Shown one piece after another: positions 1 to 13,903 of a DNA stretch of 64,000 nt. Source of the stretch: Balanoglossus misakiensis (taxonomy: Eukaryota; Animalia; Hemichordata); NCBI GenBank assembly GCA_040954595.2, contig CM082580.2:7170390-7234389 (forward strand). Direction: 5' to 3'. The first letter of the stretch is position 1. Every line of letters begins with the position of its first letter. Below the pieces are notes generated by a model, which saw only the letters and a list, made by a program, of their open reading frames with translations, made no database searches and was not told where the DNA came from. Position numbers and translations under genes: made by a program.

Positions 1-3000
1 ATTTCTTCATTTTTTCGAAATAACCATGGGTTATAGCTCATGAAAATCATCCAAAAATGTCAATTTTTCGACTTTGCGAAATGTCAAAATTTCTTCATTT
101 TTTCGAAATAACCATGGGTTATAGCTCATGAAAATCATCCAAAAATGTCAATTTTTCGACTTTGCGAAATGTCAAAATTTCTTCATTTTTTCGAAAAAAC
201 CATGGGTTATAGCTCATGAAAATCATCCAAAAATGACAATTTTTCGACTTTGCGAAATGTCAAAATTTCTTCATTTTTTCGAAAAAACCATGGGTTATAG
301 CTCATGAAAATCATCCAAAAATGTCAATTTTTTGACTTTGCGAAATGTCAAAATTTCTTCATTTTTTCGAAAAAACCATGGGTTATAGCTCATGAAAATC
401 ATCCAAAAATGACAATTTTTCGACTTTGCGAAATATCAAAATTTCTTCATTTTTTCGAAAAAACCATGGGTTATAGCTCATGAAAATCATCCAAAAATGA
501 CAATTTTTCGACTTTGCGAAATGTCAAAATTTCTTCATTTTTTCGAAAAAACCATGGGTTATAGCTCATGAAAATCATCCAAAAATGACAATTTTTCGAC
601 TTGCGAAATGTCAAAATTTCTTCATTTTTTCGAAAAAACCATGGGTTATAGCTCATGAAAATCATCCAAAAATGACAATTTTTCGACTTTGCGAAATGTC
701 AAAATTTCTTCATTTTTTCGAAAAAACCATGGGTTATAGCCCATGAAAATCATCCAAAAATGACAATTTTCGACTTTGCGAAATATTAAAATTTCTTCAT
801 TTTTTCGAAAAAACCATGGGTTATAGCCCATGAAAATCATCCAAAAATGACAATTTTCGACTTTGCGAAATATCAAAATTTCTTCATTTTTTCGAAAAAA
901 CCATGGGTTATAGCCCATGAAAATCATCCAAAAATGACAATTTTTCGACTTTGCGAAATATCAAAATTTCTTCATTTTTCGAAAAAACCATGGGTTATAG
1001 CCCATGAAAATCATCCAAAAATGACAATTTTTCGACTTTGCGAAATATCAAAATTTCTTCATTTTTTCGAAAAAACCATGGGTTATAGCCCATGAAAATC
1101 ATCCAAAAATGACAATTTTTCGACTTTGCGAAATATCAAAATTTCTTCATTTTTTCGAAAAAACCATGGGTTATAGCCCATGAAAATCATCCAAAAATGA
1201 CAATTTTTCGACTTTGCGAAATATCAAAATTTCTTCATTTATTCGAAAAAACCATGGGTTATAGCCCATGAAAATCATCCAAAAATGACAATTTTTCGAC
1301 TTTGCGAAATATCAAAATTTCTTCATTTTTCGAAAAAACCATGGGTTATAGCCCATGAAAATCATCCAAAAATGACAATTTTTCGACTTTGCGAAATATC
1401 AAAATTTCTTCATTTTTTCGAAAAAACCATGGGTTATAGCCCATGAAAATCATCCAAAAATGACAATTTTTCGACTTTGCGAAATATCAAAATTTCTTCA
1501 TTCTTTCGAAAAAACCATGGGTTATAGGCCATGAAAATCATCCAAAAATGACAATTTTTCGACTTTGCGAAATATCAAAATTTCTTCATTTTTTCGAAAA
1601 AACCATGGGTTATAGCTCATGAAAATCATTCAAAAATGACAATTTTTCGACTTTGCGAAATATCAAAATTTCTTCATTTTTTCGAAAAAACCATGGGTTA
1701 TAGCTCATGAAAATCATCCAAAAATGACAATTTTTCGATTTTGCGAAATATCAAAATTTCTGCATTTTTTCGAAAAAACCATGGGTTATAGCTCATGAAA
1801 ATCATCCAAAAATGACAATTTTTTGACTTTGCGAAATATCAAAATTTCTTCATTTTTTCGAAAAAACCATGGGTTATAGCTCATGAAAATCATCCAAAAA
1901 TGACAATTTTTGGACTTTGCGAAATATCAAAATTTCTCCATTTTTTCGAAAAAACCATGGGTTATAGCCCATGAAAATCATCCAAAAATGACAATTTTTG
2001 GACTTTGCGAAATATCAAAATTTCTTCATTTTTTCGAAAAAACCATGGGTTATAGCCCATGAAAATCATCCAAAAATGACAATTTTTCGACTTTGCGAAA
2101 TATCAAAATTTCTTCATTTTTTCGAAAAAACCATGGGTTATAGCCCATGAAAATCATCCAAAAATGACAATTTTTCGACTTTGCGAAATATCAAAATTTC
2201 TTCATTTTTTCGAAAAAACCATGGGTTATAGCCCATGAAAATCATCCAAAAATGACAATTTTTCGACTCTGCGAAATATCAAAATTTCTTCATTTTTTCG
2301 AAAAAACAATGGGTTATAGCCCATGAAAATCATCCAAAAATGACAATTTTTCGACTTTGCGAAATATCAAAATTTCTTCATTTTTTCGAAAAAACCATGG
2401 GTTATAGCCCATGAAAATCATCCAAAAATGACAATTTGTCGACTTTGCGAAATATCAAAATTTCTTCATTTTTTCGAAAAAACCATGGGTTATAGCCCAT
2501 GAAAATCATCCAAAAATGACAATTTGTCGACTTTGCGAAATATCAAAATTTCTTCATTTTTTCGAAAAAACCATGGGTTATAGCCCATGAAAATCATCCA
2601 AAAATGACAATTTGTCGACTTTGCGAAATATCAAAATTTCTTCATTTTTTCGAAAAAACCATGGGTTATAGCCCATGAAAATCATCCAAAAATGACAATT
2701 TGTCGACTTTGCGAAATATCAAAATTTCTTCATTTTTTCGAAAAAACCATGGGTTATAGCCCATGAAAATCGTCCAAAAATGACAATTTTTCGACTTTGC
2801 GAAATATCAAAATTTCTTCATTTTTTCGAAAAAACCATGGGTTATAGCCCATGAAAATCATCCAAAAATGTCAATTTTTCGATTTTGCGAAATATCAAAA
2901 TTTCTGCATTTTTTCGAAAAAACCATGGGTTATAGCTCATGAAAATCATCCAAAAATGACAATTTTTTGACTTTGCGAAATATCAAAATTTCTTCATTTT

Positions 3001-6000
3001 TTCGAAAAAACCATGGGTTATAGCTCATGAAAATCATCCAAAAATGACAATTTTTGGACTTGAAAAAACCATGGGTTATAGCCCATGAAAATCGTCCAAA
3101 AATGACAATTTTTCGACTTTGCGAAATATCAAAATTTCTTCATTTTTTCGAAAAAACCATGGGTTATAGCCCATGAAAATCGTCAAAAAATGACAATTTT
3201 TCGACTTTGCGAAATATCAAAATTTCTTCATTTTTTCGAAAAAACCATGGGTTATAGCCCATGAAAATCGTCCAAAAATGACAATTTTTCGACTTTGCGA
3301 AATATCAAAATTTCTTCATTTTTTCGAAAAAACCATGGGTTATAGCCCATGAAAATCGTCCAAAAATGACAATTTTTCGACTTTGCGAAATATCAAAATT
3401 TCTTCATTTTTTCGAAAAAACCATGGGTTATAGCCCATGAAAATCGTCCAAAAATGACAATTTTTCGACTTTGCCAAATATCAAAATTTCTTCATTTTTT
3501 CGAAAAAACCATGGGTTATAATAGCCCATGAAAATCATCCAAAAATGACAATTTTTCGACTTTGCCAAATATCAAAATTTCTTCATTTTTTCGAAAAAAC
3601 CATGGGTTATAGCCCATGAAAATCATCCAAAAATGACAATTTTTCGACTTTGCGAAATATCAAAATTTCTTCATTTTTTCGAAAAAACCATGGGTTATAG
3701 CCCATGAAAATCATCCAAAAATGACAATTTTTCGACTTTGCGAAATATCAAAATTTCTTCATTTTTTCGAAAAAACCATGGGTTATAGCCCATGAAAATC
3801 ATCCAAAAATGACAATTTTTCGACTTTGCGAAATATCAAAATTTCTTCATTTTTTCGAAAAAACCATGGGTTATAGCCCATGAAAATCATCCAAAAATGA
3901 CAATTTTTCGACATTGCGAAATATCAAAATTTCTTCATTTTTTCGAAAAAACCATGGGTTATAGCCCATGAAAATCATCCAAAAATGACAATTTTTCGAC
4001 TTTGCGAAATATCAAAATTTCTTCATTTTTTCGAAAAAACCATGGGTTATAGCCCATGAAAATCATCCAAAAATGACAATTTTTCGACTTTGCGAAATAT
4101 CAAAATTTCTTCATTTTTTCGAAAAAACCATGGGTTATAGCCCATGAAAATCATCCAAAAATGACAATTTTTCGACTTTGCCAAATATCAAAATTTCTTC
4201 ATTTTTTCGAAAAAACCATGGGTTATAGCCCATGAAAATCATCCAAAAATGACAATTTTTCGACTTTGCCAAATATCAAAATTTCTTCATTTTTTCGAAA
4301 AAACCATGGGTTATAGCCCATGAAAATCATCCAAAAATGACAATTTTTCGACTTTGCGAAATATCAAAATTTCTTCATTTTTTCGAAAAAACCATGGGTT
4401 ATAGCCCATGAAAATCATCCAAAAATGACAATTTTTCGACTTTGCGAAATATCAAAATTTCTTCATTTTTTCGAAAAAACCATGGGTTATAGCCCATGAA
4501 AATCATCCAAAAATGACAATTTTTCGACTTTGCCAAATATCAAAATTTCTTCATTTTTTCGAAAAAACCATGGGTTATAGCCCATGAAAATCATCCAAAA
4601 ATGACAATTTTTCGACTTTGCCAAATATCAAAATTTCTTCATTTTTTCGAAAAAACCATGGGTTATAGCCCATGAAAATCATCCAAAAATGACAATTTTT
4701 CGACTTTGCGAAATATCAAAATTTCTTCATTTTTTCGAAAAAACCATGGGTTATAGCCCATGAAAATCATCCAAAAATGACAATTTTTCGACTTTGCGAA
4801 ATATCAAAATTTCTTCATTTTTTCGAAAAAACCATGGGTTATAGCCCATGAAAATCATCCAAAAATGACAATTTTTCGACTTTGCGAAATATCAAAATTT
4901 CTTCATTTTTTCGAAAAAACCATGGGTTATAGCCCATGAAAATCATCCAAAAATGACAATTTTTCGACTTTGCGAAATATCAAAATTTCTTCATTTTTTC
5001 GAAAAAACCATGGGTTATAGCCCATGAAAATCATCCAAAAATGACAATTTTTCGACTTTGCGAAATATCAAAATTTCTTTATTTTTTCGAAAAAACCATG
5101 GGTTATAGCCCATGAAAATCATCCAAAAATGTCAATTTTTCGACTTTGCGAAATATCAAAATTTCTTCATTTTTTCGAAAAAACCATGGGTTATAGCTCA
5201 TGAAAATCATCCAAAAATGTCAATTTTTCGACTTTGCGAAATATCAAAATTTCTTCATTTTTTCGAAAAAACCATGGGTTATAGCCCATGAAAATCATCC
5301 AAAAATGACAATTTTTCGACTTTGCGAAATATCAAAATTTCTTCATTTTTTCGAAAAAACCATGGGTTATAGCCCATGAAAATCATCCAAAAATGACAAT
5401 TTTTCGACTTTGCGAAATATCAAAATTTCTTCATTTTTTCGAAAAAACCATGGGTTATATCCCATGAAAATCATCCAAAAATGACAATTTTTCGACTTTG
5501 CGAAATATCAAAATTTCTTCATTTTTTCGAAAAAACCATGGGTTATAGCCCATGAAAATCATCCAAAAATGACAATTTTTCGACTTTGCGAAATATCAAA
5601 ATTTCTTCATTTTTTCGAAAAAACCATGGGTTATAGCCCATGAAAATCATCCAAAAATGACAATTTTTCGACTTTGCGAAATATCAAAATTTCTTCATTT
5701 TTTCGAAAAAACCATGGGTTATAGCCCATGAAAATCATCCAAAAATGACAATTTTTCGACTTTGCCAAATATCAAAATTTCTTCATTTTTTCGAAAAAAC
5801 CATGGGTTATAGCCCATGAAAATCATCCAAAAATGACAATTTTTCGACTTTGCGAAATATCAAAATTTCTTCATTTTTTCGAAAAAACCATGGGTTATAG
5901 CCCATGAAAATCATCCAAAAATGACAATTTTTCGACTTTGCGAAATATCAAAATTTCTTCATTTTTTCGAAAAAACCATGGGTTATAGCCCATGAAAATC

Positions 6001-9000
6001 ATCCAAAAATGACAATTTTTCGACTTTGCGAAATATCAAAATTTCTTCATTTTTTCGAAAAAACCATGGGTTATAGCCCATGAAAATCATCCAAAAATGA
6101 CAATTTTTCGACTTTGCGAAATATCAAAATTTCTTCATTTTTTCGAAAAAACCATGGGTTATAGCCCATGAAAATCATCCAAAAATGACAATTTTTCGAC
6201 TTTGCGAAATATCAAAATTTCTTCATTTTTTCGAAAAAACCATGGGTTATAGCACATGAAAATCATCCAAAAATGACAATTTTTCGACTTTGCGAAATAT
6301 CAAAATTTCTTCATTTTTTCGAAAAAACCATGGGTTATAGCCCATGAAAATCATCCAAAAATGACAATTTTTCGACTTTGCGAAATATCAAAATTTCTTC
6401 ATTTTTTCGAAAAAACCATGGGTTATAGCCCATGAAAATCATCCAAAAATGTCAATTTTTCGACTTTGCGAAATATCAAAATTTCTTCATTTTTTCGAAA
6501 AAACCATGGGTTATAGCCCATGAAAATCATCCAAAAATGTCAATTTTTCGACTTTGCGAAATATCAAAATTTCTTCATTTTTTCGAAAAAACCATGGGTT
6601 ATAGCCCATGAAAATCATCCAAAAATGTCAATTTTTCGACTTTGCGAAATATCAAAATTTCTTCATTTTTTCGAAAAAACCATGGGTTATAGCCCATGAA
6701 AATCATCCAAAAATGACAATTTTTCGACTTTGCGAAATATCAAAATTTCTTCATTTTTTCGAAAAAACCATGGGTTATAGCCCATGAAAATCATCCAAAA
6801 ATGACAATTTTTCGACTTTGCGAAATATCAAAATTTCTTCATTTTTTCGATAAAACCATGGGTTATAGCCCATAAAAATCATCCAAAAATGACAATTTTT
6901 CGACTTTGCGAAATATCAAAATTTCTTCATTTTTTCGAAAAAACCATGGGTTATATCCCATGAAAATCATCCAAAAATGACAATTTTTCGACTTTGCGAA
7001 ATATCAAAATTTCTTCATTTTTTCGAAAAAACCATGGGTTATAGCCCATGAAAATCATCCAAAAATGACAATTTTTCGACTTTGCGAAATGTCAAAATTT
7101 CTTCATTTTTTCGAAAAAAACCATGGGTTATAGCTCATGAAAATCATCCAAAAATGTCAATTTTTCGACTTTGCGAAATGTCAAAATTTCTTCATTTTTT
7201 CGAAATAACCATGGGTTATAGCTCATGAAAATCATCCAAAAATGTCAATTTTTCGACTTTGCGAAATGTCAAAATTTCTTCATTTTTTCGAAAAAACCAT
7301 GGGTTATAGCCCATGAAAATCATCCAAAAATGACAATTTGTCGACTTTGCGAAATATCAAAATTTCTTCATTTTTTCGAAAAAACCATGGGTTATAGCCC
7401 ATGAAAATCATCCTAAAATGACAATTTGTCGACTTTGCGAAATATCAAAATTTCTTCATTTTTTCGAAAAAACCATGGGTTATAGCCCATGAAAATCATC
7501 CAAAAATGACAATTTTTCGACTTTGCGAAATATCAAAATTTCTTCATTTTTTCGAAAAAACCATGGGTTATAGCCCATGAAAATCATCCAAAAATGACAA
7601 TTTTTCGACTTTGCGAAATATCAAAATTTCTTCATTTTTTCGAAAAAACCATGGGTTATAGCCCATGAAAATCATCCAAAAATGACAATTTTTCGACTTT
7701 GCGAAATATCAAAATTTCTTCATTTTTTCGAAAAAACCATGGGTTATAGCCCATGAAAATCATCCAAAAATGACAATTTTTCGACTTTGCGAAATATCAA
7801 AATTTCTTCATTTTTTCGAAAAAACCATGGGTTATAGCCCATGAAAATCATCCAAAAATGACAATTTTTCGACTTTGCGAAATGTCAAAATTTCTTCATT
7901 TTTTCGAAAAAACCATGGGTTATAGCTCATGAAAATCATCCAAAAATGTCAATTTTTCGACTTTGCGAAATGTCAAAATTTCTTCATTTTTTCGAAAAAA
8001 CCATGGGTTATAGCCCATGAAAATCATCCAAAAATGACAATTTTTCGACTTTGCGAAATATCAAAATTTCTTTATTTTTTCGAAAAAACCATGGGTTATA
8101 GCTCATGAAAATCATCCAAAAATGACAATTTTTCGACTTTGCGAAATGTCAAAATTTCTTCATTTTTTCGAAAAAACCATGGGTTATAGCTCATGAAAAT
8201 CATCCAAAAATGACAATTTTTCGACTTTGCGAAATGTCAAAATTTCTTCATTTTTTCGAAAAAACCATGGGTTATAGCTCATGAAAATCATCCAAAAATG
8301 ACAATTTTTCGACTTTGCGAAATGTCAAAATTTCTTCATTTTTTCGAAAAAACCATGGGTTATAGCCCATGAAAATCATCCAAAAATGACAATTTTTCGA
8401 CTTTGCGAAATATCAAAATTTCTTCATTTTTTCGAAAAAACCATGGGTTATAGCCCATGAAAATCATCCAAAAATGACAATTTTTCGACTTTGCGAAATG
8501 TCAAAATTTCTTCATTTTTTCGAAAAAACCATGGGTTATAGCTCATGAAAATCATCCAAAAATGACAATTTTTCGACTTTGCGAAATATTAAAATTTCTT
8601 CATTTTTTCGAAAAAACCATGGGTTATAGCCCATGAAAATCATCCAAAAATGACAATTTTTCGACTTTGCGAAATATTAAAATTTCTTCATTTTTTCGAA
8701 AAAACCATGGGTTATAGCCCATGAAAATCATCCAAAAATGACAATTTTTCGACTTTGCCAAATATCAAAATTTCTTCATTTTTTCAAAAAAACCATGGGT
8801 TATAGCCCATGAAAATCATCCAAAAATGACAATTTTTCGACTTTGCGAAATATCAAAATTTCTTCATTTTTTCGAAAAAAACATGGGTTATAGCTCATGA
8901 AAATCATCCAAAAATGACAATTTTTCGACTTTGCGAAATGTCAAAATTTCTTCATTTTTTCGAAAAAACCATGGGTTATAGCTCATGAAAATCATCCAAA

Positions 9001-12000
9001 AATGACAATTTTTCGACTTTGCGAAATATTAAAATTTCTTCATTTTTTCGAAAAAACCATGGGTTATAGCCCATGAAAATCATCCAAAAATGACAATTTT
9101 TCGACTTTGCGAAATATTAAAATTTCTTCATTTTTTCGAAAAAACCATGGGTTATAGCCCATGAAAATCATCCAAAAATGACAATTTTTCGACTTTGCCA
9201 AATATCAAAATTTCTTCATTTTTTCGAAAAAACCATGGCTTATAGCCCATGAAAATCATCCAAAAATGACAATTTTTCGACTTTGCGAAATATTAAAATT
9301 TCTTCATTTTTTCGAAAAAACCATGGGTTATAGCCCATGAAAATCATCCAAAAATGACAATTTTTCGACTTTGCGAAAAATCAAAATTTCTTCATTTTTT
9401 CGAAAAATCCATGGGTTATAGCCCATGAAAATCATCCAAAAATGACAATTTTTCGACTTTGCGAAATGTCAAAATTTCTTCATTTTTTCGAAAAATCCAT
9501 GGGTTATAGCCCATGAAAATCATCCAAAAATGTCAATTTTTCGACTTTGCGAAATGTCAAAATTTCTTCATTTTTTCGAAAAAACCATGGGTTATAGCTC
9601 ATGAAAATCATCCAAAAATGTCAATTTTTCGACTTTGCGAAATGTCAAAATTTCTTCATTTTTTCGAAATAACCATGGGTTATAGCTCATGAAAATCATC
9701 CAAAAATGTCAATTTTTCGACTTTGCGAAATGTCAAAATTTCTTCATTTTTTCGAAAAAACCATGGGTTATAGCTCATGAAAATCATCCAAAAATGACAA
9801 TTTTTCGACTTTGCGAAATGTCAAAATTTCTTCATTTTTTCGAAAAAACCATGGGTTATAGCTCATGAAAATCATCCAAAAATGACAATTTTTCGACTTT
9901 GCGAAATGTCAAAATTTCTTCATTTTTTCGAAAAAACCATGGGTTATAGCTCATGAAAATCATCCAAAAATGACAATTTTTCGACTTTGCGAAATGTCAA
10001 AATTTCTTCATTTTTTCGAAAAAACCATGGGTTATAGCTCATGAAAATCATCCAAAAATGACAATTTTTCGACTTTGCGAAATGTCAAAATTTCTTCATT
10101 TTTTCGAAAAAACCATGGGTTATAGCTCATGAAAATCATCCAAAAATGACAATTTTTCGACTTTGCGAAATATTAAAATTTCTTCATTTTTTCGAAAAAA
10201 CCATGGGTTATAGCCCATGAAAATCATCCAAAAATGACAATTTTTCGACTTTGCGAAATATTAAAATTTCTTCATTTTTTCGAAAAAACCATGGGTTATA
10301 GCCCATGAAAATCATCCAAAAATGACAATTTTTCGACTTTGCCAAATATCAAAATTTCTTCATTTTTTCGAAAAAACCATGGGTTATAGCTCATGAAAAT
10401 CATCCAAAAATGACAAATTTTCGACTTTCCGAAATGTCAAAATTTCTTCATTTTTTCGAAAAAACCATGGGTTATAGCTCATGAAAATCATCCAAAAATG
10501 ACAATTTTTCGACTTTCCGAAATGTCAAAATTTCTTCATTTTTTCGAAAAAACCATGGGTTATAGCTCATGAAAATCATCCAAAAATGACAATTTTTCGA
10601 CTTTCCGAAATGTCAAAATTTCTTCATTTTTTCGTAAAAACCATGGGTTATAGCTCATGAAAATCATCCAAAAATGACAATTTTTCGACTTTGCGAAATA
10701 TTAAAATTTCTTCATTTTTTCGAAAAAACCATGGGTTATAGCCCATGAAAATCATCCAAAAATGACAATTTTTCGACTTTGCCAAAAATTAAAATTTCTT
10801 CATTTTTTCGAAAAAACCATGTGTTATAGCCCATGAAAATCATCCAAAAATGACAATTTTTCGACTTTGCCAAATATCAAAATTTCTTCATTTTTTCGAA
10901 AAAACCATGGGTTATAGCCCATGAAAATCATCCAAAAATGACAATTTTTCGACTTTGCCAAATATCAAAATTTCTTCATTTTTTCGAAAAAACCATGGGT
11001 TATAGCCCATGAAAATCATCCAAAAATGACAATTTTTCGACTTTGCGAAATATCAAAATTTCTTCATTTTTTCGAAAAAACCATGGGTTATAGCCCATGA
11101 AAATCATCCAAAAATGACAATTTGTCGACTTTGCGAAATATCAAAATTTCTTCATTTTTTCGAAAAAACCATGGGTTATAGCCCATGAAAATCATCCAAA
11201 AATGACAATTTGTCGACTTTGCGAAATATCAAAATTTCTTCATTTTTTCGAAAAAACCATGGGTTATAGCTCATGAAAATCATCCAAAAATGACAATTTT
11301 TCGACTTTGCGAAATGTCAAAATTTCTTCATTTTTTCGAAAAAACCATGGGTTATAGCTCATGAAAATCATCCAAAAATGACAATTTTTCGACTTTGCGA
11401 AATATCAAAATTTCTTCATTTTTTCGAAAAAACCATGGGTTATAGCTCATGAAAATCATCCAAAAATGTCAATTTTTCGACTTTGCGAAATGTCAAAATT
11501 TCTTCATTTTTTCGAAAAAACCATGGGTTATAGCTCATGAAAATCATCCAAAAATGACAATTTTTCGACTTTGCGAAATGTCAAAATTTCTTCATTTTTT
11601 CGAAAAAACCATGGGTTATAGCCCATGAAAATCATCCAAAAATGACAATTTGTCGACTTTGCGAAATATCAAAATTTCTTCATTTTTTCGAAAAAACCAT
11701 GGGTTATAGCCCATGAAAATCATCCAAAAATGACAATTTGTCGACTTTGCGAAATATCAAAATTTCTTCATTTTTTCGAAAAAACCATGGGTTATAGCCC
11801 ATGAAAATCATCCAAAAATGACAATTTTTCGACTTTGCGAAATATCAAAATTTCTTCATTTTTTCGAAAAAACCATGGGTTATAGCCCATGAAAATCATC
11901 CAAAAATGACAATTTTTCGATTTTGCGAAATATCAAAATTTCTTCATTTTTTCGAAAAAACCATGGGTTATAGCTCATGAAAATCATCCAAAAATGACAA

Positions 12001-12290
12001 TTTTTCGACTTTGCGAAATATCAAAATTTCTTCATTTTTTCGAAAAAACCATGGGTTATAGCTCATGAAAATCATCCAAAAATGACTATTTTTCGACATT
12101 GCGAAATCTCAAAATTTCGTCGATTTTTGAAAAAAATCATGGGTTATAGCTCATGAAAATCAACAAAAAATGACAATTTTTCGACTTTGCGAAGTCTCAA
12201 AATTTCTCCATTTTTTGAAAAAAAAGTCATGGGTTAAAGCTCATAAAAATCATCCAAAAATGACAATTTTTTTACTTTCCAAATTTAAAA
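1..12290. repeat. 88-bp tandem satellite array (~139 monomers), open at the left window edge
   Basis: The monomer atttcttcattttttcgaaaaaaccatgggttatagc(c/t)catgaaaatcatccaaaaatgacaatttttcgactttgcgaaat(a/g)tcaaa restarts at position 89 and repeats with only a few variable sites. Divergence rises after ~12080. Confidence 0.99.
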
Positions 12291-12812
12291 AAAAACCTGA
12301 AAATAGAGATATCGGCGATTTTGTCTAATTTGGTGATTTTGACATTTTTTGACGTTTTCATGACTCATAAAACGGTTAAAAAATGAAAAATCCCCGATTT
12401 TGCCAACATTGGTGATTTTGACATTTTTGACGTTTTTCAGTGGTTATAGCTCATGAAAAGTTTGTAAACTGAGAAATCCTCGAATGATAAATTCTATGGT
12501 TTACAAATGTTGGTGATTTTGTCATTTTTGGACATTTTTCATGGGTTATAGCTCATTAAAATGACAAAATCATCAAGTTCGCAAACTATGGAGTTTGCCA
12601 TGCAAACTATAGAATTTGTGATTTTGCGACAAGTTTCATGAGCTATAACCCATGAAAAATGTCCAAATATGATAAAATCACGAAAATTTGCAAACTATAG
12701 AATTTGTGATTTTGCGACAAGTTTCATGAGCTATAACCCATGAAAAAGTTCGCAAAGTATGGAATTTGTCATTTTGTGACAATATAGCCCATGGAAATGT
12801 CCAAAAATGTAC
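12291..12812. repeat. Degenerate satellite border with inverted, then forward, 88-bp-related units
   Basis: ~12330-12590 carries reverse-complement-like units (gtcatttttggacatttttcatgggttatag). tgcaaactatagaatttgtg occurs at 12601 and 12689, an 88-bp period. Confidence 0.85.
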
Positions 12813-13239
12813 AATAAACTGCAGTTGATACGCGAAACAAAATACATATGTCCACTTACCCAACGTCCACTCCTCCTGTCCTCTTCTTTGTGTAAGCGAG
12901 GGCGTTCTTCAAGGCTTAACGTGGCTATGTAGCAACCTTTTTGGAGGACGTGAATGTGGTGGTGTGCTTTCATGGGTTCAAATGCCATTAAATAAAAATC
13001 CATCAGTTATTCATTTTTGTTACGTGGTAACTTTTATTGATACCAAGTACAATGAATGGGGCACATGCAATGCTCACGTGACCCTTTGTGTCGCAAAAGT
13101 TCCGTGCACAGACAAAGGGTTTATTGTTTATATAAGCAGGAATGCCCACATCTATAAATACGGGGCCTTTGAAAGATAAAAAAACATGTTATTGATCGCA
13201 CGGTGAGACGATATTAGTCCGAGACAATTATTTATCTGG

Positions 13240-13591
13240 CATATGCGGAGTCGGAGGGTTTTTCGAGCTTTTTGCCTTCTCCCTTCCATTAAGTCCACAT
13301 CGCCCATGGATCTGCAGAGTCGGAGGAGTCTTGGAACTTGCCTTCACCCTTCCAGGTAGTCCACGTCGCCCATGGATCTGCAGAGTCGGAGGAGTCTTGG
13401 AACTCCTTGCCTTCACCATTCCAGGTTGCGCACATCGCCCATGGATCTGCAGAGTCGGGGGAACCTTGGAACTTCTTGCCTTCGCCCTTCCAGGAAGTCC
13501 ACGTCGCCCATGGATCTGCAGAATCGGAGAAACCTTGGAACTTCTTGCCTTCACCCTGCCAGGTTGCGCACATCGCCCATGGATCTGCAGA
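13240..13591 (-). repeat. 69-bp coding minisatellite, 5 units (one 66 bp), alternating A/B types
   Basis: catggatctgcag at 13305, 13371, 13440, 13509 and 13578. The only indel is 3 bp. Confidence 0.95.
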
Positions 13592-13903
13592 CTAAATTTA
13601 AAACCTTATTATTGTATGAAAGATGTTGTAGAAAGGGTGTCATAGTAGGGATCAAAGCTTACGTTCACAAATGGTAGGCAATTTTAAAGTTTGAGGTTGA
13701 GTGTAAGTAATTGAACTTACCATATGAAAGACTGCGGATTGATCGACACCCGCTGACAATAACATGCACTCGCCGGAGCTCACGTCGCACGAATTTTCTG
13801 TAACACGGTAACGAACACGCAAATGTCCGTCCATTGCCGAATGCTGCACAGCCCCTCTGAAGGCTCCAACAAGCAGACTGAGTACAATCAGTGCGGTCTT
13901 CAT
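13289..13903 (-). CDS. Secreted tandem-repeat precursor protein (putative peptide precursor), ~161 aa
   Basis: Exon 13903-13721 encodes MKTALIVLSLLVGAFRGA..., a signal-peptide-like start with an in-frame TGA upstream, and ends ATG|GTAAGT in phase 0. A 129-bp intron ends TTTAG. Exon 13591-13289 encodes SADPWAMCATWQGEGKKFQGFSD-type repeats. There is an upstream acceptor TTTTGCAG at 13928 and AATAAA on the minus strand at 13120-13125. Confidence 0.7.

Noticed and set aside
471-1095. Repetitive ORFs (MIFMSYNPWFFRKNEE...) in the satellite
   Set aside because: They arise from single-base deletions giving 87-bp monomers; no coding signal.
1-12290. CRISPR-like array with palindromic repeats
   Set aside because: There are no unique spacers, whole 88-bp units repeat, the context is eukaryotic and no cas genes are present.
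12731-13003. Minus-strand ORF with a GG|GTAAGT donor-like site near 12860
   Set aside because: No convincing acceptor, no recognisable motif and no downstream exon before the satellite.
13331-13677. Three plus-strand ORFs over the 69-bp repeat
   Set aside because: Antisense shadows; the signal peptide, splice sites and poly(A) signal are all on the minus strand.
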